DNA of 63,836 nucleotides, counting the filler, from Choristocarpus tenellus KU-1152 (Eukaryota > Protista > Phaeophyceae): NCBI GenBank assembly GCA_964200185.2. It is 8 parts of 8 records of this genome, joined end to end, with 100 filler letters (N's around TTAATTAATTAA, not from the genome) between each part and the next. Parts side by side here need not be neighbours in the genome. Positions count along the whole stretch, not along the records: positions 35,333 to 39,065 come from CAXNAD020018243.1; positions 39,166 to 45,986 come from CAXNAD020007272.1; positions 46,087 to 60,809 come from CAXNAD020001127.1; 5 more parts are not named here. One strand, 5' to 3'. Shown here piece after piece: positions 37,992 to 51,375 of this stretch (positions within the stretch are counted from its first letter, which is position 1; each line of letters starts with the position of its first letter). Position numbers and translations under genes: made by a program. The notes under the pieces are model-generated. The model did no database searches. It saw only the letters and a list, made by a program, of their open reading frames with translations, and was not told the origin of the DNA.

Positions 37992-40320
37992 GTTCGTATT
38001 TGAGTACTTTTTTGTCGGCCAAGATGACTGAGAACGTCGCCTTTCATCGTCATTGGCCTTCTTATAACCGACCTCTAGCGCTTGGAGCCAAAGTCGACCT
38101 TTTCCATGTCTTGACAACCCTCCTTGTTCAAGAAGGTAATTGCCTTCGTTTCTAGATAATGAAATTTTGTGGAGTAGGCTAGGAAGCCTTTGGCATTACT
38201 GTTTTATATGGTCACTCTGGAAATGTCTTGGGAGCTCTCCTTGTTTAATGGAAGACCCCATATTGTTATGGTGGCAGTATGAGGACATGCACCTGCTGCA
38301 TTATCTTGATTTTTGGCAAGGTTTTCTTTATCTTCGCCGAAATTTGTTAGCACTCCAAGCTGCTTTACATTTGGGGAATGGTGGCAAGAGGAGAATATTG
38401 CAATGTGTGAAGACTTCTTGAATGTGCGTTTATGACTAACCTCGATTTCTACCAATCTGTCCGCCTAGTGCTCTAGGTACGATTTCCTAAACATACAGCT
38501 TTCTAGTCTAGGGATAGTTTTCTTGGAGTGTCCAAGAACACTTGGTGCAAATATTGAGATGTTCCTTAAGTGTCAAATGCAGTAGTATTATTGTAAGGTT
38601 AGTTTACACAACACTTGTAATGATGGTTGTTTCTCTAATCTCAACCCAGCAGGAGAAATGATCAAGAGATAAATCTGTAGAAGTTTCTGAGTACCCCTTT
38701 GCTTTATTTAGAGGTGGAAGAAGTGTGGATTTGCTTGAGCCTGCTGTGGTCCTTACTTTTTGTGCTGATTGACTTGAAGTGATCATGAACCTAGACAATC
38801 AATCAACTAGGACCTCAGGAGTGCCCTGGTTTTGGTAACTACTCTTTGCTACTTGGTTCCAACCATACGAGAATGGCATCTTGACAGAGATGTGCACTAG
38901 AAGGTCGAGCCCAAGCCCTCAACCAGCTTAACAAATATATTGGCTCTTATTCAATGTCAAAATAGTTCCAACAAGCAATTCTTACGCTTCCCCTCCCCCC
39001 CGTACCCCCCCCCCCCCCCCACCACCCCCCCTTTTCCCTCTTTCTTCCTCGTCACCAAGAATAACNNNNNNNNNNNNNNNNNNNNNNNNNNNNNNNNNNN
39101 NNNNNNNNNTTAATTAATTAANNNNNNNNNNNNNNNNNNNNNNNNNNNNNNNNNNNNNNNNNNNNTCTTCCGAACTGGGTGTAACTTTTTATTTTTTATT
39201 TTGTGAGGGTTTAGGGAAAAAGTAACACCCAACCCCCCCCCCCCCCTCCCCCCCCCTATCTCCAATGGAACAAAACCCAGGTTTTCTGATACGCACTCTC
39301 TTGCCTCAAATATGCCTACTCACCTATTGCCCGTTCTCCATAATCATGCTAGCGATGTTTGTGTGATATTACCCCTTGCATAGGATCCTTAGCCTTTGTT
39401 TGCACTCTGCCGTGACCTTCTCTGACCCATCTGATACCCTGTGTTCCCCTCATTCTTCAAAGCTCTGACTTTGCCTTCCCATCCCTCTTCTTACCTCCCT
39501 GCTTATGCGTTGCCCTATGCCCTCAAGCCGTTCCCCGTGTATGTAATTGGTCCACTGGACCATGTAAACGCCGCAACTGCCGTACTGGCCAAGTTTCAGC
39601 ATGATAAACCATCGGAGATTAGTTATGTTCAGCTGGCCTACTCCCCTATCGCCCCCATAATTCGTCGGGCTTCTAAGCTAAAGTATCGGCAGTACTCCCA
39701 GAAGTTGGAGGTGAGAAGCGTTACTGTCCGAATCAAGGGATGAGAGATGGTGCAGGCCGTGATGAGGAGGAGAAGGGTTTTGAAAGGGGAGAAGGTCTTA
39801 TGTGCTCGTGTTTTTGCTGACAGGGCTGTGGATATCGTGGGGTACTTAGCAAGCAGCCCGCCTCTTTAGAGAAAAAAAAATGATGTTTTACAATGGATCA
39901 AGGCGGTAGGAGGGGATGGTGCGGTGTGAACGGTATTGATCGCCTGTTCAATGATGTTTTGTCGGGCAATCGGTTGGGCAGTCATCTCTATGATTGAACT
40001 TTTAGAAGAAATCGTGGGACGAGAAAGGAAGGCCCTGGAGGGAACTATCATGGTATACAGACAAATGTGGCTTACGGATACTCTACTTCACGTAAGTGCT
40101 GTGGCAATGAAAGTACGGAACCAGTCTTGCTGTTGTGCTCCTGATTCTGTGCCTTGTGAGAGAATTGCCACTCTTCCTATGTATCCTCCAGGTTTCCCCA
40201 CCCCCTCCCTCCGCCTCAACTCATCCTCACCTTCATATGGGCGGCCCCTGAATGTCTTGTTTCCTTGTTTCTCCTCAAACTCATATGGTTTTCCCTTGCT
40301 GCCGTTGACTTGGCTCTAAG

Positions 40321-43300
40321 GTTCCTGCGGCGTTGGCAGTGGCCATGAAGGACAAGGGAAGCCTTAGCTGGGTATCGGTCGAGATTCGACGGCTGACAGG
40401 AATAACCGATTTTTTGATCGACTCAGCGGCGACAGGGCTGCGTGGGGATAAGAGCTCTGCCTATCAGGTGAAAGAATGGAGTGAATAAAAAAGAAAAAGA
40501 AAAAGAAAAAGAAAAAGAAAAGGAAAAGGAAAAGGAAAAGGAAAAGGAAAAGGAAGAACTGTGCCTCCAATGTTTGTGATTTTTTTTTTTCATTTTGAAG
40601 TAGTGTATATTGGGCGGCATTTTCTGTATTTGACAGGGGAAGTATAGGAAAAAAAAAGGGTGATTGTTTGTTGAGAGGAAGGTTTTTGCTGGGCCTGATA
40701 AGCCGTCGGGTTATCACTTTTAGAGAGGTTATTTTGTTGGCGGTGACATAGCTTGGTATCTGACTCAAGATATAATGTTAATTTTGTGCGTGTAGCGTGG
40801 AAGTGGGTGCCATCGAGTAGGAAGGTTCCTTTTTGAGCGTATAAAGAGCCTCTGGGGATCGCACACGGCTTTGGGTGTGCAGAGTTGGCTCGGTGTACGG
40901 AATGCTCTTGTGGAGATCATGTATGTCTTGGCATCAAGTCGATTCTGTTGCCTACCTTTTGATTGTATGAGAGCACATGCAATGACCTCCTCACTGAGAA
41001 CGATGGTTCGTAACCCGTGCCTGCACTACCCCTGATATTGTTCAAGGTTCGGGTCTGTTTGGATGTGAGAAAGTAAGCCGTTGACCTTCACTATGACTGT
41101 GAGCTCTTTAGTTCGATTCGTCCACTTGAACATGCCTCGATTGTATCTCTGTTCTCCACATGTCTCAACTGTTGACCTCCTCAGTGGCAGCGAGCTCTTT
41201 AGTTTTTGAATCTCTCTGCTCGGATATGCCTTGGTCGTGTCACCTGTGTGCCTCCTCATCAAGCAGGTCACGGTTGTGGGGACTTGCGCCCAATGTGGAG
41301 AAGCTGCTAGCTACTTGCATTGCATCGGGGCTGTCTTCCCAGAGATACAGCAGTTTGAGGTTCTATATCCTTGTCCCCCAAGAACCGAACCGTCTGTGGT
41401 ATCGCCCTCTCTGCCTGATGTCGCCAGCGCCATCCCATCTTGTAACGCAGGCAAGAGATAGATTTATTTATTTTTTGTTTTGTTTTGTTTTGTTTTGTGG
41501 TTTTGCTTTCTCCTGCCGTTACTTTTGTTTTTTGAAGGCTACTCACTGGTCTTGGTCTTTGCTCGACTAGAATATCATTGCGCGACCTGGTTGCTGTGCT
41601 GGTTGATAGTTCTCTCTGCACCTGCCCTTTGTTCTCATGTGCGCTGCGTAGGTGAGCCGTCAAGAGTAGACCTTGCGGAACATTGAGATACCACCATTCC
41701 ACAAAGGCAGATATGTCGCCCCAACACTGACATTCCTCCTTTTTTTTTAGAGCACATTTGGTATCCTTCCAGGCCCTACATTATCTGTGATAAGAGAATG
41801 TTCTCTGTGGTAAGAGAATGTTCTCTGCGGAGTTTAAGGTACTGTGCCTTGCACAATTTACAGAGAGGCGACAGGGGTTGAAGAGTTGCTACTAAGTACA
41901 GAGTAGTTGAGTGCCTACGAGCAAGAACACTATATTCCTTGCTGCGTTCTGAAGATGTTTTTGATCTCGAATCTGACATAACCAGGTGATGAATCCCCCT
42001 TTTGCTGTCATTCCCAACGGTGAACCGTTTCTTACAATATGTACAGATACACCTCCTGCCCAGAACACCATTCGGCTTGGCCTGGGCGAAGGTCTAGTGT
42101 CCAAGACACCAGTGCCCTCAACACGAAGACTTCAGCTCGGAAACGGGATGATGAGCGGCTGGGGTCGTGAAGTAGGGCATTCACCAGCTCAGGAGGGGTT
42201 GAGCAATGGTGGTGTCAATACCCCAGAAAAAGAGCAGTTGTCCCTGAAGCCTGTTGTTGGTAGGGGAACAGGCAGTTCCAGTTCCGGTAACGAGTTGAAT
42301 CCGATGGGTTCCCTCGAGGTGAACGTTGTCTGTGGTCCAGGTGCAAGCGATGCTAAGGATGAAGTAAATGTCGAAGTAAAGTCCATGGCCAAGCCACAGC
42401 AGAAGCCCAGAAAACCTGTCTCAGAGCCTGAGGAAAAGTTTCAAGTTGATTCTAATGTTATCAAGAGTGAGGTGAAAGGTGTGACAAGAGGGGTAGTAAG
42501 TACCGAGTCTACCGCGGCAGTAGAAGGGAAGCCATTAGAGGAGGTGACTAGGGCAATGACACTAGTGGAGGCTAAGAAGTTGAAGGCTGCCGAAAAGGAT
42601 GTGGTAAAGACTCAAGAGAGCTCAGATGCTGTGAGCACTCCTGAAAACCTGGCTATTACCACCGCCACCCAAACTCCTAAGAAATTGACATCAACGAGGA
42701 AGGTCCCTGTGGAAAAAAAGAAGCAAGGCTTCAATGTTGCTGTGGAGGTGGCTGACGCAGCTGTCCAGGGCGAAGGTGTTGCTACACAAAGCCACTACAA
42801 AACTGGGAAGGAATACAATTTGCCAGATGGGGAGCACAGCAATGTTGTGGGTCCAGCCATGACCACGCCTACCGTAAGCCCATCACGTATTCGGAGTCAA
42901 AGTCCGCTTGCCAGACACTCAAGGTCCTCTCAGTTGACCCCCCCCAACTCTGGCTCACAGAACCCAAGGTCGCAACCCCAACGTAGCCACGACCAATCCA
43001 ATGGCCGATATCATGCAAGCAGATCTTGTTCTGCCTATGGAGCACCCGACAGGGGCAAGGGGAGTCGCAGCCCAAGGCGCGCTATTCCTCGTGACAGTCG
43101 GGACCGATTGCCTTGCAATGGCCGTGACAAAGCACCACGTGATAGCCGTGACCGATCAGGACGAGTTGGAGGTAGGGATCGGAGAAGCTCAGAGCGGTGG
43201 ACCTCACGACCTTCTGATGACCATAGTGATAGAGACAGACATCTGGACAGGAGGTGGGACAGGTCAAGGAGCAAGGAGTGGAACAGGTCTAGGGAGAGGG

Positions 43301-43878
43301 AGAGGGACAGATCTAGGGACTTGGACTGGGGCTCCAGGCGTATGCGCCGGAGCCCTATCCCTCACTGTTCAGAGCGTGGCACCAGTCACAGCAGGGGAAA
43401 CATTCCCAGAAGGTCATGGGGTGGTAGGGGTAAGAGCTGTAGCCGCAGCCGTAGTTGCAGTCGGAATCGGAACCGGAACCGGAACCAGAACCAGAACAGG
43501 AACCGGAACCGGAACCGCAGTCGAAGTAGGAATGACTTCATGTTCCCGAGGGAGAGTGAGGAGCACAATACTGTCAAAAAGAGAGGGCGCAGCTCAAACC
43601 ACGCTGACCCTGGCACTGTTGAGAGACGAGGCCGCTCCTGTAGCCGCAGTGGCAGTGCTTCTACATCCAGCGCAAAAAAGAGGAAGCGGACAGTATGCCA
43701 GGCCCCTGTAAAGCATGACAACAAGAGGGTGGCTAGTGGCAGGTCTATGTCGCGTAGCATGCCACAGGCTGACAATGCCGAAGCAGAGTCTTTAAGGGAG
43801 CAACCCCAGCGAATGTTGCAGAGGAACCAGACCAATAGGGAAGCGCCAGGAAAGCCACACAAGGATCTCCAGCAATAG
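40321..43878 (+). CDS. 3' part of a gene with a possible KH-like segment and a long Arg/Ser/Asp-rich C-terminus (putative RNA-binding protein)
   Basis: Exons 40321-40467, 41267-41450 (GC donor) and 42047-43878 join in frame; the large exon carries RS/RD/RN dipeptide tracts. Further exons likely at ~39530-39710 and ~40005-40091 (phases unresolved). Confidence 0.7.
40487..40556. repeat. Compound (GAAAAA)n(GGAAAA)n microsatellite
   Basis: Directly visible purine hexamer array in an intron. Confidence 0.9.
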
Positions 43879-46194
43879 CAACTAGCTATGACATACCTAG
43901 GCTCAGCGATGCCTGTTTCTTCTGTTTGGAATGTTCTCCTAGCCCTCAAACTGGCATTATGACTGCTGTGTCGGCTCTTCTGGCATGCTTTTGGTTCTGC
44001 AAGGTTCCATGCAGTCACTTGGTATTTACTATGTGTGATGGAAGTTAATGCCCCTGCTGTGGGTTGACTACTGTGCTGATTGTCTCGTTATGTACACTTA
44101 GAGAGCACTCTTGGTGTGGTTGGAAGAAGCGATTTTTGACTCTACATGGTCGTTCAACAGCTTCATTGATCAGGCGGTTTGCGATGTGCAAGTATTAGTT
44201 TTGTTTGGACTACTGTGGTAGTGGGGATGAGAACATTGTACATTTTATCGTTGTTAGGGACCATAGAGTGCTCTCATATAATGTTGAGCGTTTGTAACAA
44301 GTTTTATTGTTTTCTGTGTCAGATATGAGGGATAGTGCACATGATGGGTCTGATGTGACATGATGTGGTGTGATATTGTGTGGTGAAGTTTGATGTACAG
44401 CTCTTGTGTATGTATGATCCTTTGGTGTTTCTTCTCATTGGTGTGTTGGACTGGGGCAGGGGGTGATTTGTGACTCCGCATTTTAATGAGCAGATTAGAA
44501 AGCTGCTCGTATATGATCACATGGCTCTGTGGCATTTGTAAGATATTCGTCTTGCCAAACCAGACTAAGTCGCTGTTAACTGTTGCTGGGCTGCTAGTTG
44601 TTCCTCTTATTAAGAATAGACTGTTGTGTTTGTTTATGTGGCTGGTTCTCATAAGGTAATGGACGAGAGAGTACAAGGGGAGTAAATAAGTTGGCAATTC
44701 CGCTCTAAACGTTATCCTCACTCCATAGCCCTCGGCTCCGTGCTCCCTTCCAAGAATGTACTTGTATCTTTGTTCCACAAAAAGGAGTGCTTGATCGGTT
44801 GATTTCTGTCTCAAAGAGGGTACAGAGTTTAAAGCGCAGTAACTATTTTATAAACGTTACTATGTTGTTGTGCTAGTTTTTTTTGGTTAAAATCAGAACG
44901 TTTTCTGTTGTAGGCATAACTACTGCTATGCTTCCTACTATGTAGTACAGCCGTCTTGAGGCAGCCTTTCCCGTGTTACTCTAAACAAGGTTGAAGAGAA
45001 GCTGCAGCCTAGTGCAATGCATCACAGATAGTAGAGATTTTGGTAGAAGCGTACAAACATGATGGATATAATTGACCTCGGAAGAAAGAAAGGCAAGTGA
45101 AACAACTAGAGCAACAAAGGAGATCTTTTTTGTGTTGAGAAGATGAGTGTGTGAGTAAAGAGTGACGCACAGGTAGGGAGCCGGATGTTCTCGGGAGCCG
45201 TAGTGAGTACCATCATTATTGATTGATTGAGCAAGGTCCTGCATTGCTTAGATGAATGGATCATGCGTAGAAGGTATGATGGATACGTTTTCTTTATATG
45301 AGATTTCTTTATTTTTGTCAGACAGAAGTCGTCAAAGGTCTATGATACGGTGCATTGTATAATAATCAATCCACAAATTTGCACTATTATTCATTCCTGT
45401 GTTTATCCATTTATGCATGTATGTATAATGTGTAGAGCTATAGTAGAAAGAGAAAGTGATTATTTATCCTTTTCTAGGGATGGTGTCTCTCTTGCTACAC
45501 AAAAACCTTATCCTACACATCACACACACACACACACACATTTATTTCACACGGTCATGAACTTGGTCGCAGGGTGCTGGCACGACATACATGAAAATGG
45601 GCAATATTACAAAGAATTCTCTTCTTCGTGTTGGTCTTGTTGTACTTGAAGTGAGGAAGAACTATAGTAGTAAGTGGTAGTGGTAGACCTACAACGTAAC
45701 TGAAAAATGAGACCGTGCTTGCTGGTTTGGGGATGTATTTTATTATCGTGATTATGAAGCGTCGACACCTAATGCAAGATCGACACTGTCCTGTGGTTGA
45801 AGAGTTTAGCTTTCGAGACTTTTGCGGGAGGTCTTGCGTTCTGACCTGTTTTTATTGCGCTAATATGACCAATCAATAAGGACGGCCGTTCAATAGTCGA
45901 CAAATTGAAGGAAATGATGGAGAAATAGATTTAATGTGAGTTTCTAGGAACCTACCTGTGGGTCAAAGTATTTGGGGGGGGGGGTGNNNNNNNNNNNNNN
46001 NNNNNNNNNNNNNNNNNNNNNNNNNNNNNNTTAATTAATTAANNNNNNNNNNNNNNNNNNNNNNNNNNNNNNNNNNNNNNNNNNNNTTTGGTTGCCCGTG
46101 TCGGATTTGAAATGTCAGCAAAAAGAAGAGTTGTTTGTCCGAAACGGACGCCCCCTCACAAACCACCCCCTCCCCCCCAGATATTTTGACCCTT

Positions 46195-48850
46195 ACCACC
46201 GAATCAATACTATTCTGTGGACCACTGATCACTAATCACAGAATACTTGCTACAATGTTTCCTATTCCTGAACTCTTCCATATTCTAGTTCATTAACCCA
46301 ATCCTATCTCCTAATCTTCAGAATACGAAGTATGTTCTTGACACACCTCCTGCTTTGAACTTCTAGTCAAAAAGTAATACCTCAATCACACTTGTATGTA
46401 TCATGAAAAAAAATATCAATCCCACTTCATTCTATGCATGAGAACACTGAAATACCTAATGAACAATTCCTTTGACAATACATCTTGTAAATAGATCTGC
46501 ATATTGGAACTCTGTAGGTAAACATCCAATTGCCATCTTTCCTTCCCTCTCCAATCGACGTACATAGTGGTGCCGTGTATCTATGCACTTTTTTCTCCCT
46601 CCGGATACTGCCTTTTGAGCGATCTTAATTCCCAACATCATTATCCTCAAACAGTGATACAGAGTAATCCTCGTGAGGTGGTTGCATAAACATGTGCACT
46701 CGCTTTAGGAACATAACATCTTTCCCCAACTCACACAGTGCAACGTACTTAGCCTCAGCAGTAGACCGTGTAACCGTTTTCTGCTCTCTAGACCAGTCAG
46801 CACATCCTCCCCCAAACATCACTACACGACCAGAAGCAGAAAATCTACTCTCTTTGCAGTTTGTACCATCAGCATCTGTCTAGTCAACTGACTCGTCCCT
46901 GGGTCCATTTCTGTACAAGTCTAAGTAAAAAAAGGTAATGACATTCTCTCTAGTACCTAACAGATAAGCATATCACTCTCTTAGCATTCAGCATATCAGA
47001 TCAACTTGGATTCTCCACAAGCGATGCCAACTCTTGAACCGCAAGAGATATATCAGCCCTAGTCATTATTGCCGCCCATTGTATCCCACCAACCATTGAT
47101 CTGTAGTCATCTGGAACAGCCCCCCCCTGCTCCACTCCCTTTGTGAGTGATGATAGTTCGTAAGTTCTGCCGATCCCAGGTCTTTCCACCAAATCTCCAA
47201 TGTACAAGTTCTGGTCCACCACAAGTGTCTCAGCCTTCCTGTTCGTCCTGATCCTGCAGTCCAAGAACTTGGTCACCTTATCCAAATTCAACACCAGGAA
47301 TTCTTGTTCAATCCCTTGAAAATATCAACGAGTCAAAGTATCTTAGAGGGTTATGCAGCATCCATTTGGGGGACAAAACCCAATGTTGCTATTTTGATGT
47401 AAATTTGGCTATTGTGTTTGTTAGGAAGGGTCAATATCATTCTTCCGAACATAATTTTTCATAACGTAGACATTTTACCTACTCCGAAACATTTCGTGGG
47501 AAGTCAAGCCCCAAATGGACAAATAGGGAATAATTCGTACCCGCTAAGATACTTTCACTCAACAGCATAGCCTGACCCTGATTCCTCAGCCATCAACATG
47601 TCATCCACATGGACAATCATGATCATCACGGCCTCACCATCCACTAGAAATCTGAATAAGCATGGATCTGCTCCAGACTGTTCCAACCCCCAGCTCCAAC
47701 AAAGGCCGTCAGTAGAACGTTCCAGTTCCAAGATGCCTGAACTATCCAATATAGGGAGGGACTTCTTCAGCAATCCCACTGCTCCATCAAACTTTTCCTT
47801 CCCCTCTGGTAGTTGCACATGGAGCGTCTCCTCTAGTTCAGGCTGGGTGAAGAAAGCCTTCTTTCCATCAATATGACATAGTTCAGTTTTGTCATTATTG
47901 CAGATAGCATACGAAGAGACGCATAAGGTGTAGGTGCAAAAGACTTGAAGCAATCCTCTCCATTCCTCTGCCTAAATCCCTGCACAACCAACATGGCCCT
48001 GTACTGGTCCACTTCTCCATTTGTATCCACCTTCCTAGTGAACACTATCTTAGTTCCAAGTACCTTGTGGCCATCTGTGGGGCAGTACTTGAATCCATGC
48101 CCTCCTGTTATCCAAATTGTTGACTTCTACAGCTCCTTTCCACAAGGGCCACTCCTCCGACTCCATTGCATTTCTCATAGTCTTGGTTTCAGGTGGTATT
48201 TTCACATCCCCAACAAGCAGAATGACCAGTCTCTTTCGTACCTAAGTTGTCACCCCAATGGTTCGCCTGGGTCAAGTGGAGGATCACTGTTGTGATCTAC
48301 CGGTCTCGGCATCAATGTATTAGTCCAATACCTGTGCTGTGAATTTTGATCCACATCATGCATGCCTGTATCCAACACACCATCTGATCCCACTTTTTCT
48401 GCTTCCAAATCCTGCTCACTGCCTGGTACCGCAGAACTTCAAACAAATTCCATTTCCACCATATACATTGGTCCCCTTGACAACTCAGCCCATCACCTAC
48501 AGTATTGATCCTACTACTAGGACAGTAAATAAGAGGAGGCTGTCCTCTCAGTAGTATTAACACTGAACAAGATGGGCCGTGTTAGAGAAATCGATGTTCC
48601 CAAGACTTGTGTATGTAAGTAACTCGATTAATACCTTATTGTGAAGAACAGGCTGTCGATGAAGTAAGGAAGGCGAAAGGAGGAGTGAACATCCAAGCCC
48701 AACAGGGGGGTCCTTGCCACCAAATCAATTCTATTCTGTGAATGACTAATCAAACTAATCACAGATTACTTCCCACAATGCTTCCTATTCTAGTTCTTGA
48801 AACCCAACCTTATCTTCTATTCTTCAGAACACAAACATTTTCTCTTCATC
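46195..48850 (-). mobile_element. Old, internally deleted Ty1/Copia element with two diverged LTR-like repeats (~46195-46342 and ~48717-48850)
   Basis: FTRKVDTNGEVDQYRAMLVVQGFRQ, ADPCLF, VHVDDML, YRSMVG..MTRADI, STAEAKY, EDN, QYADLFT; direct repeats AATCAAT.CTATTCTGTG..ACTAATCACAGA; purine tract GCAGGAGGTG. Confidence 0.88.
47330..47560 (+). mobile_element. MITE family A (231 bp, internal deletion) inserted in the Copia RT
   Basis: TIRs GAGTCAAAGTATCTTAGAGGGT / ACCCGCTAAGATACTTTCACTC; TSD AAC. Confidence 0.9.
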
Positions 48851-49699
48851 CGTAGGTTGCTTCTACAGAATCCTCTTTTACACATGAATAAGAAGCACAT
48901 TCTTAACAAGCTGAGTCGTCAAGGGGACATATGCATACATAAGAAACGGAAGAGATTGACAAAACTACCAAGGTAGAGAACATCGTGGAAGGATGTTATG
49001 TTAGCGAAGTTTATGCGGTACATGGGCCTGGAGTAAAATTGCATGGGTCATCCACAAGTGACAGCCTTGGTGTTGTATCCTGGTCTGGCTGGAAGGTACA
49101 TAAAGCTTAGAGAAATGCCAACCTTTTTCAAAGACAAAGACTAAAGGATTTCCTGGAGGGAAAACTGCATCATGTCTGAGCATTGTTTCAAGCAGATAAA
49201 TTAGGCCTTGCACTTTGTCGAATTCCAAGCCTCAGAATTCTCTGGATAAAAGTGCTACCGGTGGCAGAAGTTCTTTGTTTAACAATGCTGTAGCAAAGGC
49301 AACCTTCATCATGGGTCAGGAGTTCAGCTTCAACCAAGGTTGAATTGACTGTATTTGCAGGAGAAATCCTAGTAAACGCTTTTTGGGAAACTGAAAGGGT
49401 TTACGACAACGATGAAGTCAGCTAGAGTAAATTTTCGATGAATCAAAGTGAAATGTTGGCACCAATGTCATGCGAGGCCAAAGTTCCAAACTTAAAAGAG
49501 TCTCAGCAAGCAGATCCGAAAGCATGAACAGTGAAGTGTACAGTGAGTTGTGGGTAGTTAATATTATTTGTCCCTTTCGTCTGGGGACTATCCCTACCTG
49601 TGGTCAGAGGCACTACAATCACTAGTACTTCCCTGTGCATGCCTTCTCATACGCTAGGTGAAGCATTCCCACTGCTTGTCACCATGTCTATACTCCCTC

Positions 49700-51000
49700 A
49701 AAATCTGGAACATGCTCCTCCATCCACTAAAAATCTTCATCACCAAAATCCAGATCGTCTGCACCCCATCTTGTGGTTTACTACAATATAGTAAGATACA
49801 GATGTAACTACCCAACAAACTTTGCCATGTGGTCCATCCAAGTCTAATTTCTGTGAAGAAAATCTGACCTCAACTGGTGTCCGAATCAGGCATTCTCATC
49901 ACGAAATGTGGGCAGACTACTACCTGAGCTATGTGGGTAAGCTCTTACAGTGACACCTTCTGACAAACATGTGGTTCTTCTGTGACCTTGGACACATTCA
50001 GTAGTCAAACCTCTGTTGAATTTATTTGAAAAAACTACAGTCAAACCTTTTCAGTTCAGTCACTCCGATAAATTGAACTGTTGTGATTCACAACACTATA
50101 GTAAATCCTCCAACAAGGAGAGGATGCCAGGGTTGGAATCATGAGCATCAATACTCCTTCATCTCCTGATACGTTGGAAACATGTGCAACCTCACTCTGA
50201 ACAGTTACACAGTGAACACCAACTCTCTGAAACTCGTCCATATTTTTTGGGGTCCAGTGCTACAGTTGTAGTCACGTTCCAGTTCACAATCTCAAGCAAC
50301 AGTTTGGTTATTCAGTTATCTATCCAATAATTGCGATAAATACGTAAGAATAAGTGAACATCTTGATGGTCACAAAACCACACAACCGAGTGCATTGATC
50401 ACAAGGTGCCACTAGTCGATACACACAACTCACTACTCTTCGTCACCCCTGATAGATACACTTGATCTACTTCTCTTCTTGTTTCTATAATACCTGTATC
50501 TTTCAAAAAGTGTGTATTGCCTTCTTTGTCGTCAAACACAGGTCTGGAATCCCTCAGACTAACGTGAATAATACCAATAATGTCTGTGGAACAGACACAG
50601 TCACAGCATCTCTCAAACCTGTAGGTTGGCATCTGGAGGCCAAGTCACATGGGTTGTGCTCCAGAATGTGATCGGCGAAAGGCCCATAGATCCAAGATGT
50701 GCGTTTGTGTTACAACTGATTCAGGTCAGGAAATGAGGTTCAAGGGAAGCAAGAGGTAGGTTTACGAACCTATTGCACCAAGGTGAGGGCGGCACCAAGG
50801 ATTTTGTCATCTACCCCTTGACCTTGGTGGGCAACGTGTTGGATTCCATCAGCCACCTTCAGTTTTGTGTATGGGGACAGTCACTACTACAGAGAGATAG
50901 TGGACACTGGTGCATAGTAAAGAGTGAACTGGGGACAGTCATGTTTAGTTGGAACACGAGAAGGATTCAAGCAGTTTGCTAACAGTGCACAGGTGCCCAA
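49700..51000 (-). mobile_element. Very degenerate Copia-like integrase remnant
   Basis: Weak traces only: H.DLWGP-like near 50690 and LGC near 50380. Confidence 0.3.
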
Positions 51001-51116
51001 TCAAATGGTCAATCTGCTTTGTAATGGATGGCGACAAAGAAGTATCCTCCTATCTCTGACAGCTCTGATGTTGGAACAAAAGAAAACAGATGTCTGTTCA
51101 AGCAACAGGAAAGTGT

Positions 51117-51375
51117 TAGACAAAGTATCTTAGAGGGTAGAGCTGCGTCCATTTGGAGGCCTAGCTCCAATGTTGCGATTTTGATGTAATTTTGTCTATC
51201 GTATTAATTAAAAAATGTCAATATCCTTGTTCCGAACATACCTTTTCAGAACTTATACATTTTACCTACCCCAAAACATTTTGGAGTAGGAAAATGTTAT
51301 TAAAAAAAGCACAGGAAGTCAAGCCCCAACTAGACAAACAGGGAAAAACTCGTACCCTCTAAGATACTTTCACAC
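51117..51375 (+). mobile_element. MITE family A copy (259 bp, eroded tips)
   Basis: CAAAGTATCTTAGAGGGTAG ... GTACCCTCTAAGATACTTTCAC; no clear TSD. Confidence 0.9.

Noticed and set aside
43001-44018. Overlapping long ORFs (236 aa on +, 210 aa on -)
   Set aside because: Shadow frames of the GC-rich, repetitive RS exon.
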